Counted from the stretch's first letter, positions 10,281-21,823 are shown. The stretch: DNA of 64,000 nucleotides from Wocania sp. (GCA_965224845.1 CBDDAJ010000036.1:32724-96723); one strand, 5' to 3'. Numbers and translations: made by a program. Notes: a model not told the origin generated them from the sequence alone.

Positions 10281-10733
10281 ATGAAAACAATAACACTTCC
10301 AATCCGGTTTGGCCTCGTTACCAGTACAGTACTTATCGCATATTTTTTAATTTTAGCATTATTTAATAAACATACTAATCCCGTTTTTAGTTTTTTTAAT
10401 GCTATCATTACCGTTTTTGGAATCTATGAAGCCATTAGAATAAAAAAACTTAAAGACGCCGAACTTTTTTCTTATGGAGAAGGTTTTAAAACTGGTATTG
10501 TAACAGGCTTTGTTGCAACCTTATTTTTTACTCTATTTTTCTTGTTTTATGCAACCGAAATTAATCCTACCTTTTTGCCAAAGTTTCTTGAAAAAATCAA
10601 TGGTCAATTTAATTTAGATATTGGTATGATTACTTTTATTGTAGCTGTAATGGGACTGGCTACATCTGTAATTTCTACCCTTACGGTTATGCAGTTATTT
10701 AAAAATAGCAGAAATATTCTTCAAAACAAATAA
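10281..10733 (+). CDS. Hypothetical small integral membrane protein (DUF4199-like)
   Basis: 150 aa with four hydrophobic helices. No catalytic motifs. Confidence 0.45.
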   Translation: MKTITLPIRFGLVTSTVLIAYFLILALFNKHTNPVFSFFNAIITVFGIYEAIRIKKLKDAELFSYGEGFKTGIVTGFVATLFFTLFFLFYATEINPTFLPKFLEKINGQFNLDIGMITFIVAVMGLATSVISTLTVMQLFKNSRNILQNK

Positions 10734-10806
10734 AACGTTTGCAGTTTAATTAATTAGCCGTATATTTGCACTCATTTTTTGAATAAATTAATTAATAAAA
10801 ATCGCT

Positions 10807-11346
10807 ATGTACGCAATTGTAGAGATAGCAGGGCATCAATTTAAAGTTGAAAAAGACCAAAAAGTTTTTGTTAACCGTTTACAAACTGAAGAAGGCAAGA
10901 AAGTTTCTTTCGATAACGTTCTTTTAATTGGAGATGGCGACAAAGTAACTGTAGGCGCCCCAGCTATAGACGGCGCTCAAGTAGGAGCAAAAGTCTTAAA
11001 GCACCTTAAAGGTGATAAAGTAATCGTTTTCAAAAAGAAAAGACGTAAAGGTTACCGTGTTAAAAATGGTCACCGTCAATCTTTAACAGAAATCGTAATA
11101 GAAAGCATTGCTGCTTCGGGAGCTAAAAAAGCAACCAAAGCTGAAAATGAGGGCGCTAAAAAAGCTGCTCCGAAAAAGGAAACTAAAAAAGCTGAAGCTA
11201 AAACTGAAAAAGCTACACCAAAAGCTGAAGCAACTCAAGATTTAAGCAAATTTACTGTTGCTGAATTAAAAGAGATGGCCAAAGCAAAAGGAATTGAAGG
11301 AATTTCTTCAATGAAAAAAGCTGATTTAATTGCTGCGTTAAGCTAA
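10807..11346 (+). CDS. rplU: 50S ribosomal protein L21 with about 75-aa K/A-rich C-terminal extension ending in a Rho-N/SAP-like helix-hairpin motif
   Basis: MYAIVEIAGHQFKVEKDQKVFVNRL is a canonical L21 N-terminus. The tail KKAAPKKETKKAEAK...KFTVAELKEMAKAKGIEGISSMKKADLIAAL is histone-H1/Rho_N-like. Confidence 0.85.
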   Translation: MYAIVEIAGHQFKVEKDQKVFVNRLQTEEGKKVSFDNVLLIGDGDKVTVGAPAIDGAQVGAKVLKHLKGDKVIVFKKKRRKGYRVKNGHRQSLTEIVIESIAASGAKKATKAENEGAKKAAPKKETKKAEAKTEKATPKAEATQDLSKFTVAELKEMAKAKGIEGISSMKKADLIAALS

Positions 11347-11373
11347 TTATTAACAATATAAAAACTTAAGACA

Positions 11374-11634
11374 ATGGCTCATAAAAAAGGAGTAGGTAGT
11401 TCTAAGAATGGTAGAGAATCAGAATCGAAACGCTTAGGGGTTAAGATTTTTGGTGGACAAGCTGCTATTGCTGGAAACATTATCATAAGACAACGTGGTA
11501 ATACACATCACCCAGGTGAAAATGTATACCAAGGAAAAGATCATACTTTACATGCACAGGTTGATGGCATTGTAAAGTTTACAAAGAAAAAAGACAACAA
11601 GTCTTACGTTTCTATTGAGCCTTTTGAGGCTTAA
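11374..11634 (+). CDS. rpmA: 50S ribosomal protein L27
   Basis: [24 protein letters not shown] is a canonical L27 N-terminus. Confidence 0.9.
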   Translation: MAHKKGVGSSKNGRESESKRLGVKIFGGQAAIAGNIIIRQRGNTHHPGENVYQGKDHTLHAQVDGIVKFTKKKDNKSYVSIEPFEA

Positions 11635-11688
11635 AAAACGCACTAGCCCTAAAAAACACTACAGTTTTTATTAGGATTAAAATTATTA

Positions 11689-11730
11689 GATCTCCGAACA
11701 AACCATGGTTTGTTCGGAGATTTTCTTTTT
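11689..11730 (+). terminator. Rho-independent terminator after rpmA (atctccgaacaaacc..ggtttgttcggagat + TTTCTTTTT)
   Basis: 14-bp perfect stem followed by a T-run. Confidence 0.8.
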
Positions 11731-12037
11731 ATTAGGTTTTTATTTTAATATTCACCTGTTTATATATGCCTTGGTGGTATAAATAGTTTATTTATCTTTA
11801 ATCTACAACTACCCTACATCTTCCCTCTTATAAGGTTCTTGTAAAATACTATCCTGATGCTTACGAGCCTACACCTTTCTTGCCACTTATCTCAAACAAC
11901 TTACAAGCAGCATTATATCTTAATATCTTACTTTAAACACATCTATTATCAAAGCCTGAGGTTTTACATAATTTTATCTTCATTACCCTTTTAATTTAGC
12001 GTAATGCTATTTCTGAACAAGACAAATAATTTAATAT

Positions 12038-12068
12038 AAAACGCCTTCAAACAGAAGGTGTTTTTTTA
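12038..12068. terminator. Strong hairpin plus T7 run (cgccttcaaacagaaggtg TTTTTTT) in the long rpmA-atpD spacer
   Basis: 7-bp stem / 5-nt loop followed by seven T. No annotated gene ends here. Confidence 0.55.
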
Positions 12069-12179
12069 TTCCAAAAAACCTGAAAAAACAACTTTATTTT
12101 TAAATTAAAAAATATATCTTTGCACGCGAAAACTTAAAGTGTTTTCTTAGAATTAAAACGCATAATATTAAATACATAA

Positions 12180-13691
<1,512 letters not shown>

Positions 13692-13695
13692 ACAA

Positions 13696-13768
13696 GTTCA
13701 GAGTTCAGAGTTTAGAGTTCAGAATTGAAACTCATAACTTCACAACTCATAACTCATAACTACTAAGA
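13696..13768. repeat. Two adjacent short tandem heptamer arrays (GTTCAGA-like x4, then CTCATAA-like x4) in the atpD-atpC spacer
   Basis: Read directly: agttcagagttcagagtttagagttcagaattgaaactcataacttcacaactcataactcataac. Confidence 0.7.
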
Positions 13769-13771
13769 GAT

Positions 13772-14050
13772 ATGTATTTAGAAATTGTGTCACCTGAAGC
13801 AACCCTATTTAGCGGAGAAGTAGTAAGTATTGCTGTTCCTGGAGTAAATGGTGAATTTGAGATGTTAAAAGATCACGCACCTATTGTATCACTTTTAAAA
13901 GAAGGGCATGTTAAAATTTACGGCGATATTTCTTTAGAAGAAGAGGTTCAGGATAAATTTACTAAAGGCAATGATAAAGGCACCTGGTTAGCAATTAGTT
14001 CTGGTACTTTAGAGATGAAAGAGAATAAAGTGATTGTATTAGCAGACTAA
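13772..14050 (+). CDS. atpC: F0F1 ATP synthase epsilon subunit (short form)
   Basis: 92 aa. N-terminal beta-sandwich pattern (LEIVSPEATLFSGEVVSIAVPGVNGEFEMLKDHAP). Immediately downstream of atpD. Confidence 0.85.
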   Translation: MYLEIVSPEATLFSGEVVSIAVPGVNGEFEMLKDHAPIVSLLKEGHVKIYGDISLEEEVQDKFTKGNDKGTWLAISSGTLEMKENKVIVLAD

Positions 14051-14067
14051 TTACAGAACATATATTA

Positions 14068-14106
14068 AACAACAATGCCTCAGAAATTCTGAGGCATTGT
14101 TGTTTA
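14068..14106. terminator. Bidirectional hairpin terminator (aaacaacaatgcctcagaa..ttctgaggcattgttgttt) shared by atpC and the convergent gene
   Basis: 17-bp perfect inverted repeat. Confidence 0.8.
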
Positions 14107-16284
14107 AAACTCTAACCTATAATTCATTTTAAAAGCTACTCCCCAATCGCTTCGGGCAATCGCATCATTATAGTTATCTGTTACTACCAAATAAACATAA
14201 GACAAAGGCTTGTATTCCCATTGTAATCGGCTATTTAAATTAAAGTTATCACTTTGCGTATTATACTGTATGTAGGTCGTCCAATTCAATCTGTTATTAA
14301 AAAATATTTCTCCAGTAAATCGGGCCAAATGGAAGGTTTCTTTGCCTAACACTCCTAAATCTAATGTATTAATATCATAAGCTGCTTCTAAATTAGCGAA
14401 TGGCATGAGTTGATAGTTTAAATACATCCCTCCGGTAATACGCCTTCCACTATAATAATTTCCCTTTTGAATATTGAATCGATATCTCAATTTTTGATTA
14501 TTGGCGGAGTTATACCCTACTTTTAAAAGCCCAAAATTATACTTGCCTGGTTGTAATGCATTTCCATTTCTTAATGGATCAAAACCATATTTAAGATCTA
14601 CATAATCATAATTAAACACAAAATAAACTGCTGATAAATTTTTAAAAAAAACAGCAGCATTATAAAAATGAGAAGATTGAGATAAGGTTCCTTTTTCATC
14701 AAAATAATTATTATTTTCATAATTGATAAAACGAATATTATTCAGCGATTTAGACTTATCGTAAAACTTCTCATACTCAACTCCAACTGAAGTTTGCGTA
14801 TACCCTTCTCTTACAACAATATCATTAATAGCATCGTAATTAAAAAGCCGCGGTGTAAAACCAACATCTGTAATATAGTTTTTACCTACATTTCTAACTG
14901 AGGCATTCCACCCTAAACCTCTTTTATTGAACCAGATTCCTGCATTATAAAAATTATTTTCTCCTGAAGCATTATCATTAAAACTAGTTCCAAAATTTAC
15001 TAAACCTATCCATTTGTTATTATTAGATTTATAATTTACATTCAACCCTGTAACACGATTATAATTATCTACAAATTCAAATGTATCTGTTTCTTGTCTA
15101 TTAATTAAAAAGCCTGTTGTAGAAAAATTTTCAGACAGCTGTTGCTCTATTACTAAAGCGCCAAAATTTTGAGAAGTGATGCCTTCTTCTTTATTAGTTT
15201 GTACATTTAAAACTCCCAATCGGGTTTTAGAAGACACATTACCAGATAGTTTTAATCCAAATTGAACATCGCTATTAGCCCCAATTCTTCTAGAATAAAA
15301 TGGGTTTATTCCATCAACACCCAAATTAGAAAACAAATCAGAATTCTCTAAGAAGAAATTTCTGCGCTCTGGAAAAAAAATTGAAAACCTGGTTAAGTTA
15401 GTCACTTGCTGATCTACATCAATTTGTGAAAAATCAGGATTTATAGTAGCATCTAACTTTAAGGAAGAGGTTACATTATATTGCGCATCTAAACTAGGCT
15501 TAATTGTAGTTTCGTCGGTGTCTTTAATAACATTATTTTGATAATTAACAGTTAAAGATGGGGTTACTGCAAATTTTGAACTAGATTTATTTGGCAGGTT
15601 TTCAACTGAAAACTTTTCGGTAAAACGCAAATCAAATAGTCTATAATTGCGTTTCACGTTTTTAAGAATTGTCCAAGAATTCTTTTTAATATCTCGCACA
15701 TAAAACTGGATTCCAAAAACAGCATTTTCAGCATTAAAGTTTAAAGCCTTTAACGGAATGGCGACTTCATAAACTTTAGTATTATCGTTTATATTGGTTT
15801 TTGCTTCCCAAACAGCATTCCAACTTGTTGCAAAATCATAACCTCCATTAATTTTCTCAACAATACCATCTATAAGGGCTCCAAAAGCATTAACAGAAAA
15901 GTAATAGGCGCTTTGTTCTTGGTTTTGCGTGTCTAAAATCATAACAAAACCATCGCTTAATCCTATTGGGATATCTCTTTTTAAAGAGCTTACTTGAGAT
16001 TTTTCTTGAGTATCAAAATAACTAAGGCCTATATATAAATGCTCTTTATTATGAAATAATTTAACTTCTGTTTGATTTTCTGCTAGGCCTTCATCGTTTG
16101 GCGCATAGTTATAAAAACCCGTATGCTTCGATACTTGTTGCCAAACGGATTCATTTAACTGGCCATCGATATCCATTTTAGCATTAATAAATTTAACAGC
16201 AGGTTTTTGAGCATAAACATTAAACCCTGCAAAGAGCAAAAAAACAAATATATACTTCATATTATTTATGAGATGCTTCGTCAA
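14104..16284 (-). CDS. Large secreted beta-rich outer-membrane-type protein (DUF5916/CBM9-like family)
   Basis: Signal peptide. 726 aa rich in N/Y/G/F with alternating beta-strand pattern. C-terminal aromatic residue (…YRLEF). Confidence 0.45.
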   Translation of the reverse strand: MTKHLINNMKYIFVFLLFAGFNVYAQKPAVKFINAKMDIDGQLNESVWQQVSKHTGFYNYAPNDEGLAENQTEVKLFHNKEHLYIGLSYFDTQEKSQVSSLKRDIPIGLSDGFVMILDTQNQEQSAYYFSVNAFGALIDGIVEKINGGYDFATSWNAVWEAKTNINDNTKVYEVAIPLKALNFNAENAVFGIQFYVRDIKKNSWTILKNVKRNYRLFDLRFTEKFSVENLPNKSSSKFAVTPSLTVNYQNNVIKDTDETTIKPSLDAQYNVTSSLKLDATINPDFSQIDVDQQVTNLTRFSIFFPERRNFFLENSDLFSNLGVDGINPFYSRRIGANSDVQFGLKLSGNVSSKTRLGVLNVQTNKEEGITSQNFGALVIEQQLSENFSTTGFLINRQETDTFEFVDNYNRVTGLNVNYKSNNNKWIGLVNFGTSFNDNASGENNFYNAGIWFNKRGLGWNASVRNVGKNYITDVGFTPRLFNYDAINDIVVREGYTQTSVGVEYEKFYDKSKSLNNIRFINYENNNYFDEKGTLSQSSHFYNAAVFFKNLSAVYFVFNYDYVDLKYGFDPLRNGNALQPGKYNFGLLKVGYNSANNQKLRYRFNIQKGNYYSGRRITGGMYLNYQLMPFANLEAAYDINTLDLGVLGKETFHLARFTGEIFFNNRLNWTTYIQYNTQSDNFNLNSRLQWEYKPLSYVYLVVTDNYNDAIARSDWGVAFKMNYRLEF

Positions 16285-16696
16285 TTCGAGTTGCTGTTTT
16301 ACTAATTATTCTCCAACCATTTTCAAATTTCTTTAATAAAAACAAATCGATATACACCATGCTTCTTTCTGGAATTGAAATTTCAATTTTAGCAGTTGCA
16401 ATATCCTTAACAACTTCAATAGCCAAAACTTTAGCATAACGACCATTAAAAGCCCCCGCTTTATTAGTCTTGAAAAATGCGACATAATCTTTAGGGGTAT
16501 AAAGCTTAAAACCATCTCTACCTGTTAAATATAAAGTAGCATTTTCAGTGAAAGCACTTTCTAACATTTCTAACTTGTTATAAGAACTCCCTTCCATGTA
16601 CTTCTGAAGAGTCCCTTCAATAGCTGCAAACGCTGATTGCGCATTAACTAATTGAAAGGCTAAAAACGTGACAAATAAGACAATATATTTTTTCAT
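16262..16696 (-). CDS. Secreted NTF2-like (SnoaL/DUF4440-type) small protein
   Basis: Signal peptide. About 120-aa cone-shaped alpha+beta pattern. Paralog of the next gene. Confidence 0.5.
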   Translation of the reverse strand: MKKYIVLFVTFLAFQLVNAQSAFAAIEGTLQKYMEGSSYNKLEMLESAFTENATLYLTGRDGFKLYTPKDYVAFFKTNKAGAFNGRYAKVLAIEVVKDIATAKIEISIPERSMVYIDLFLLKKFENGWRIISKTATRIDEASHK

Positions 16697-16702
16697 GTTG
16701 AA

Positions 16703-17116
16703 TTATTTTCTTTTAGTAAATATTTTATGAATAATAGTCCATTTACCTTCTGTTTTAAGCAGCAAAAAGTAATCAACATAAGATTTTTTACTCTTTGGGT
16801 GTGATACTTCAACCTTTGCTATTGCTGCATTATTTTCGTAATCTATTGAAATGATTTTACCCCTTTCTCCAGTTGATTCTCCCGCTTTGGTCTTCTTAAT
16901 ATATGCTTCGCCAGACCAAACTTTAATGCTGTCATTTTTAACAGAATAAAGGTTTAGGTCTTCATAAAAAGCTGCTTTTAATCTACTTGGTTGCCCCTTG
17001 GTAGAACCTTCGATATAATCGGTAAGTGTTAAGGCAATTAACTCCATATCCGTTTTTTGAGCAAAAACTGTTATAGAACTAACACCTAACAGTAAAGTGA
17101 AAATTAAGTTTTTCAT
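16703..17116 (-). CDS. Secreted NTF2-like small protein (tandem paralog)
   Basis: Signal peptide. Similar length and motif layout to 16262..16696. Confidence 0.5.
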   Translation of the reverse strand: MKNLIFTLLLGVSSITVFAQKTDMELIALTLTDYIEGSTKGQPSRLKAAFYEDLNLYSVKNDSIKVWSGEAYIKKTKAGESTGERGKIISIDYENNAAIAKVEVSHPKSKKSYVDYFLLLKTEGKWTIIHKIFTKRK

Positions 17117-17324
17117 ATTTAAATAGTTTTTGTTTAATCCAAAACTAAACCTAAAGGCAATAGGCTAAAAAATAATAGATCAATCCTGTGTTTTAGCAAA
17201 CGGAAAGTGCATTTTAGTCGTACTTCATTTGGTCTACCCAAAACCTCCATACAGCATCTTAAATGCCGGTTTTAGCAACTTTTACACAATACTAGACTGT
17301 ATAATTGTATTTTAGCAAGTCTAG

Positions 17325-18398
17325 ATGACTACCTTAAAAAGCAAATACCCTATTGTTAATGCTACATTTTTCAAACATGTATTGTTCTGGATATGTGTAT
17401 TTTTATATTTTATGTTCTCGTCAAATGTTATTAATTTTGAAGGAGGATATCTTCAATTATTTCATTCTACCTGTAAAATTATAATGCCTCAAATAATTAC
17501 TGCCTATGCCTGTTTGTTAGTATTGGTTCCTAAGTTTTTAAACACTAAAAAAATAGTATTGCTTTTGGTATGGTTGGTTATTTTATTAATTGCAATGTTT
17601 GCGCTTTATACTGCGTTCCATATGTATCTTTATGAACCAAAATACTACCAATTCTATAGTGACATTGAAAGAGAATATGCCGAACGCACCTTTTGGGAAA
17701 GATTTACAAACCTCTCTGTCTTTTTAAGTAAATCTATCAAGTTTTTAACACCAACTGCATTATTATTAATGGCTCGGTTTTATAAAAATCAGCAGACATT
17801 TCTGAAGCTTAACGAACAGAAAAAAATAGCAGAACTTACGGCTTTAAAACATCAATTAAATCCGCATTTTTTATTTAACACCTTAAATAACCTTTATGCA
17901 TTAGCATTAAAAAAGGCAGATGAAACGCCAGAAGTAATTGAAAAATTATCAGACATTTTAGATTACATGTTATACCGATGTAATGATACTTTTGTATCGC
18001 TTAAGAAAGAGATTGAGCTTATTGAAAACTATCTTTCATTAGAAAAAGTTAGATATGGAAAACGTGTTCAAATTTCTTTTGAAGAAAACATTGATCAAGA
18101 TGTAAAAATTGCTCCTTTGCTATTATTAACTTTTATTGAAAATGCTTTTAAACATGGCGTAAGCCAGGAGTTAAAAAAGGCATCTATAGCAATAAAGATT
18201 AATCTTGAAGGGCATCAAATTATTTTTAATATAAAAAACTCAATACCTGATACTAATGTAGAAAATAATAAGGCACATCGTATTGGTTTAAAAAACATAA
18301 AAAAACAGCTCGAGTTATTATATTCAGACAATTATTTTTTAGATATTGAGAATACTAAAAAGTCTTATACAGTAACTTTAAAATTGTTAGCTAAATAA
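17325..18398 (+). CDS. LytS/YehU-type sensor histidine kinase (His_kinase + HATPase_c), membrane-bound
   Basis: N-terminal TM helices. H-box QLNPHFLFNTLNNLYAL. C-terminal ATPase region. Confidence 0.8.
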   Translation: MTTLKSKYPIVNATFFKHVLFWICVFLYFMFSSNVINFEGGYLQLFHSTCKIIMPQIITAYACLLVLVPKFLNTKKIVLLLVWLVILLIAMFALYTAFHMYLYEPKYYQFYSDIEREYAERTFWERFTNLSVFLSKSIKFLTPTALLLMARFYKNQQTFLKLNEQKKIAELTALKHQLNPHFLFNTLNNLYALALKKADETPEVIEKLSDILDYMLYRCNDTFVSLKKEIELIENYLSLEKVRYGKRVQISFEENIDQDVKIAPLLLLTFIENAFKHGVSQELKKASIAIKINLEGHQIIFNIKNSIPDTNVENNKAHRIGLKNIKKQLELLYSDNYFLDIENTKKSYTVTLKLLAK

Positions 18399-19099
18399 TG
18401 GTTTATAAATGTTTAATTATTGATGACGAAGAATTAGCTAGAGAGTTAATAGAAACACATTTAAATCAACTCGATAATTTTGAGTTAGTGGCTTCTTGTG
18501 CAAGCGCCATTGAAGCCAGTAACATTTTGCAGCAACAACCTGTAGATTTACTTTTTTTAGATATTGAAATGCCTGTATTAAAAGGTACAGAATTTTTTAA
18601 AAACCTACTTCAAAAACCTAAAGTTATTTTTACTACAGCATATCGCGATTATGCTTTAGATGGTTTTGAGCTAAATGCTATCGATTATTTACTTAAACCT
18701 ATAACTTTTTCCAGGTTTTTTAAAGCTATTGAAAAGTTTAAAGAGCAAAGTGCTGTAGTTATAAAGGAAATGCCATCTACCCCCCTAACTCGAGAAGACG
18801 ACTTTATTTTTGTGTCTAAAAATCGTAAAAAAGTAAAAGTGATTTTTGACGAAATACGATATATAGAAAGCTTGAAAGACTATATCAAAATTCATTTAGC
18901 TAATGAATCTCATACTGTAAAATTTAGTATTTCTGCTTTTGAAAAAGAATTAGACGCACGCTTTATTCGAATTCATCGTTCTTATATTGTAAATAAAAAT
19001 AAGATTACTGCATACACAAAAAATGACATTGAAATTGGTAAAGCAGAAATTCCTATTGGTGATAACTATAAAGAAAATATTTCTGATAGTTTAAATTAA
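18398..19099 (+). CDS. LytTR-family response regulator
   Basis: Receiver domain (LIIDDE...DLLFLDIEMP). C-terminal LytTR DNA-binding domain. Start overlaps the kinase stop. Confidence 0.85.
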   Translation: MVYKCLIIDDEELARELIETHLNQLDNFELVASCASAIEASNILQQQPVDLLFLDIEMPVLKGTEFFKNLLQKPKVIFTTAYRDYALDGFELNAIDYLLKPITFSRFFKAIEKFKEQSAVVIKEMPSTPLTREDDFIFVSKNRKKVKVIFDEIRYIESLKDYIKIHLANESHTVKFSISAFEKELDARFIRIHRSYIVNKNKITAYTKNDIEIGKAEIPIGDNYKENISDSLN

Positions 19100-19100
19100 A

Positions 19101-19541
19101 TTATACCTTTTTAATTACATTCGTAACAATACCCCAAATAATAAAATCGTTTTCTTGTGTAATTTTTATAATAGGATAATTGGGGTTTTCAGGCTGCAGC
19201 CACACTTCGTTTTTATCTACTTTTAAACGTTTTACGGTAAATTCTCCATCTAAAAAACAGACTGCTATTTTATTGTTTGCAGGTTCTAAGCTTCTATCTA
19301 TAACTAACAAATCATTATCGTCAAGCCCTGCTCCAATCATAGATTGTCCACTTACCCGTGCAAAAAAAGTGGCTTCTTTATTTTTAACAAGCTCACGGTC
19401 CAGCGATAAGCGTTGTTCTTTAAAATCTTCGGCTGGCGAAGGAAATCCTGCTGAAATTCCGGTATCGAAAAAATGAGCTCCAGAGTTTGTAAAAACTTTA
19501 GGAGTAAAAAAAGTTAATGTGTTCGATTTGTGTAATAGCAT
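19101..19541 (-). CDS. umuD: UmuD-like S24 peptidase (translesion synthesis accessory subunit)
   Basis: 146 aa, no HTH domain. Ser-Lys dyad pattern GQSMIGAGL...VKRLK. Confidence 0.8.
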   Translation of the reverse strand: MLLHKSNTLTFFTPKVFTNSGAHFFDTGISAGFPSPAEDFKEQRLSLDRELVKNKEATFFARVSGQSMIGAGLDDNDLLVIDRSLEPANNKIAVCFLDGEFTVKRLKVDKNEVWLQPENPNYPIIKITQENDFIIWGIVTNVIKKV

Positions 19542-19561
19542 TTGTTTTTATGTTTTTTATT

Positions 19562-19700
19562 AGCCCTTGTGTTTGCGTTAGGGATTGAGACATTCTTCGA
19601 CGACGCTCAGCACAGGTTTATTGATGCTGCCGGCATGGGAGGAAGCCCTTCTCCTTCAGCTACACTCAGCACATACTCTTGTCGAAATATTTATATTCAC
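19562..19700. repeat. GC-rich mosaic intergenic element E1 (contains gcgttagggattga and cttcgacgacgctcagcaca motifs, internal direct repeat ctcagcaca)
   Basis: About 55% GC in an AT-rich genome. Motifs recur at 26487-26590 and 34395-34585. Confidence 0.6.
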
Positions 19701-19786
19701 GAATTCATTAATTTAAAATAAGAATCAATGAGTAAAACCCGACCATTTGTATGGAGCAGAACCGAAGTGTTGTGGTAACCCGAAAA

Positions 19787-21049
19787 TTAACATTTTACTT
19801 TAATAATATCATTAATATTTGTTGTGTATCGTGGCGACAATCGTTCTTGACGCATTTTCCAGGTGCGTTTTAAATCTTGATTGGCTATTTTAATTTTATA
19901 ATCTCCATATTTTGTATTTAACTCATCTATAGCATGCATTAAGTCTTTGTGTTTGGGATTTTCGTATTCAAACATATTTAGCTGAAAATTATCTGTTGGC
20001 ACCAACCCAGACACAATAACACCTGCGCGCTTATACTTAACCCCTTTTTTAAAAACGGAAGTTACAGCTTTTACCGCTTCATTACTAATTACTAACGAAG
20101 AATTCGTTGGAAATGGGATACTAACAATTTTACTTCCTCTATGCTGTTCTATATTTTTTTTATGCCTATCGCTACTTAATAAAACAATAATAACATGACA
20201 ACTGGAGCCTTGTTTACGTAATTTTTCGGCGCAACTTGTTGCAAAAGTAGAAATACGCTCTTTTATGTAGTTTATATCGTCGTAAGTATAATCAAAACTT
20301 CGTGTTGTGGCTATGGCGCGTTTGGTTTTTAGCTCGTCCAATTGCAAAGTGGGAATGCCTTCTAAATCCTTTTTTAATTTCCATTCGGTAATCGAGAAGT
20401 TTTTACGAATCCAATCCTCTGATAACTGTGTAAAATCATAAGCTGTTCTACACTTTTTAAGCTTTAGTCGTCTGGTTAAACCCCGGCCAATGCCCCAAAC
20501 ACTTTCAATTTTAATCCACTTTAAGGCTTTTATTCGCCGCTCTTCAGAATCTATTACATAGACGCCATTTGTTTTCTTCGGGAATTTACGGGCTACTTTA
20601 TTAGCTACTTTACTCAATGCCTTGGTTGGAGCTATACCAACGCAAGTTGGAATTCCTGTCCATTTTAAAACCTGCTTTCTGATGTTATTCCCATAATCGT
20701 GATAATTATAATCGTCTTCAAAATTTTTGAATTCTAAAAACGATTCGTCTATACTGTACAATTCCACATCGGGTGTAAACTGTTTTAAAATAGACATAAC
20801 ACGACTGCTCATATCGCCATACAAAGGGTAATTTGATGATAGCACAGATATTCCATTGGATTTACAAAAGGATTCCCATTTAAAAATAGGAGCTCCCATT
20901 GGTAAACCAATAGTTTTTGCTTCGTCACTTCGTGAGATTACACAACCGTCGTTATTTGAAAGAATAGCAACCGGTTTTCCTTTTAAATTAGGGTTAAAAA
21001 CACGTTCGCAAGAAGCATAGAAATTATTACAATCTACGAGTGCAAACAT
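19787..21049 (-). CDS. umuC: Y-family DNA polymerase V catalytic subunit UmuC
   Basis: MFALVDCNNFYASCERVFNP... is a canonical UmuC/DinB N-terminus. Confidence 0.85.
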   Translation of the reverse strand: MFALVDCNNFYASCERVFNPNLKGKPVAILSNNDGCVISRSDEAKTIGLPMGAPIFKWESFCKSNGISVLSSNYPLYGDMSSRVMSILKQFTPDVELYSIDESFLEFKNFEDDYNYHDYGNNIRKQVLKWTGIPTCVGIAPTKALSKVANKVARKFPKKTNGVYVIDSEERRIKALKWIKIESVWGIGRGLTRRLKLKKCRTAYDFTQLSEDWIRKNFSITEWKLKKDLEGIPTLQLDELKTKRAIATTRSFDYTYDDINYIKERISTFATSCAEKLRKQGSSCHVIIVLLSSDRHKKNIEQHRGSKIVSIPFPTNSSLVISNEAVKAVTSVFKKGVKYKRAGVIVSGLVPTDNFQLNMFEYENPKHKDLMHAIDELNTKYGDYKIKIANQDLKRTWKMRQERLSPRYTTNINDIIKVKC

Positions 21050-21075
21050 AATGGTAAAGATACAAGAAAATAGAA

Positions 21076-21645
21076 TTAAAGCCTTAAAATAATTACTTCC
21101 CAGGTCTGGTTATTTGCCCTGTAATTTTTTAAAAGTTCAAAACCTACAGCTTTATGTGCATTGGATGAGCGTGTGTTTTTAGTATCTACCTCGGTAATAA
21201 TAGCATCAAAATCATGTTTAAGCTCTTGAGCCATATAGTTATATAACCCTCTAAAAACACCTTGGCCTCTCATTTTTTTGTCAATACATATTTGCCCCAT
21301 TGCAATATAGTTAGAGACTTCTTTTTGTTGTTTGATTGCTTTTTCTATTTGAATAAACATAGGCACTAATAACGGAATATCGTTTTGAAACTTTTTAAGC
21401 ATTGATAAAGCATAGCCTACAACTTTACCTTTGTGCTTTACGATACAATGCGCACATGCATCATTCATTTTTTTTAGCATGCTAAAATCATGCTGCAAAG
21501 TTACAAAACCTTCTTTCTCTTTGATTTCATCAGAAACTAAATGCCGTAGGTTCTGCTCTTGAAGTTTTAAAATTTGATTTAACTCTTCAGTAGTTGATGC
21601 TCTGTGGTATGTCATGTTAGTCTCCAATATATTCCAGAATATCAC
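21076..21645 (-). CDS. GNAT-family N-acetyltransferase
   Basis: 189 aa. Acetyl-CoA binding pattern KKMRGQGVFRGL. Confidence 0.7.
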   Translation of the reverse strand: MIFWNILETNMTYHRASTTEELNQILKLQEQNLRHLVSDEIKEKEGFVTLQHDFSMLKKMNDACAHCIVKHKGKVVGYALSMLKKFQNDIPLLVPMFIQIEKAIKQQKEVSNYIAMGQICIDKKMRGQGVFRGLYNYMAQELKHDFDAIITEVDTKNTRSSNAHKAVGFELLKNYRANNQTWEVIILRL

Positions 21646-21823
21646 CAGGTTGGCAGTCGAGGGCTTTGCATATGGCTTCTAATGTAGAGAATCGAATAGC
21701 CTTTGCTTTCCCCGATTTTAATATCGATAAATTTGCTGTAGTTATACCAATAATTTCTGCCAAATCTTTACTTTTCATTTTACGTTTAGCAAGTACAACA
21801 TCTAAATTAACAATTATTGACAT
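21617..21823 (-). CDS. XRE-family helix-turn-helix transcriptional regulator (Cro/C1-type)
   Basis: 68 aa. KMKSKDLAEIIGITTANLSILKSGKAKAIRFSTLEAICKAL. Overlaps the GNAT start by 29 nt. Confidence 0.75.
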   Translation of the reverse strand: MSIIVNLDVVLAKRKMKSKDLAEIIGITTANLSILKSGKAKAIRFSTLEAICKALDCQPGDILEYIGD

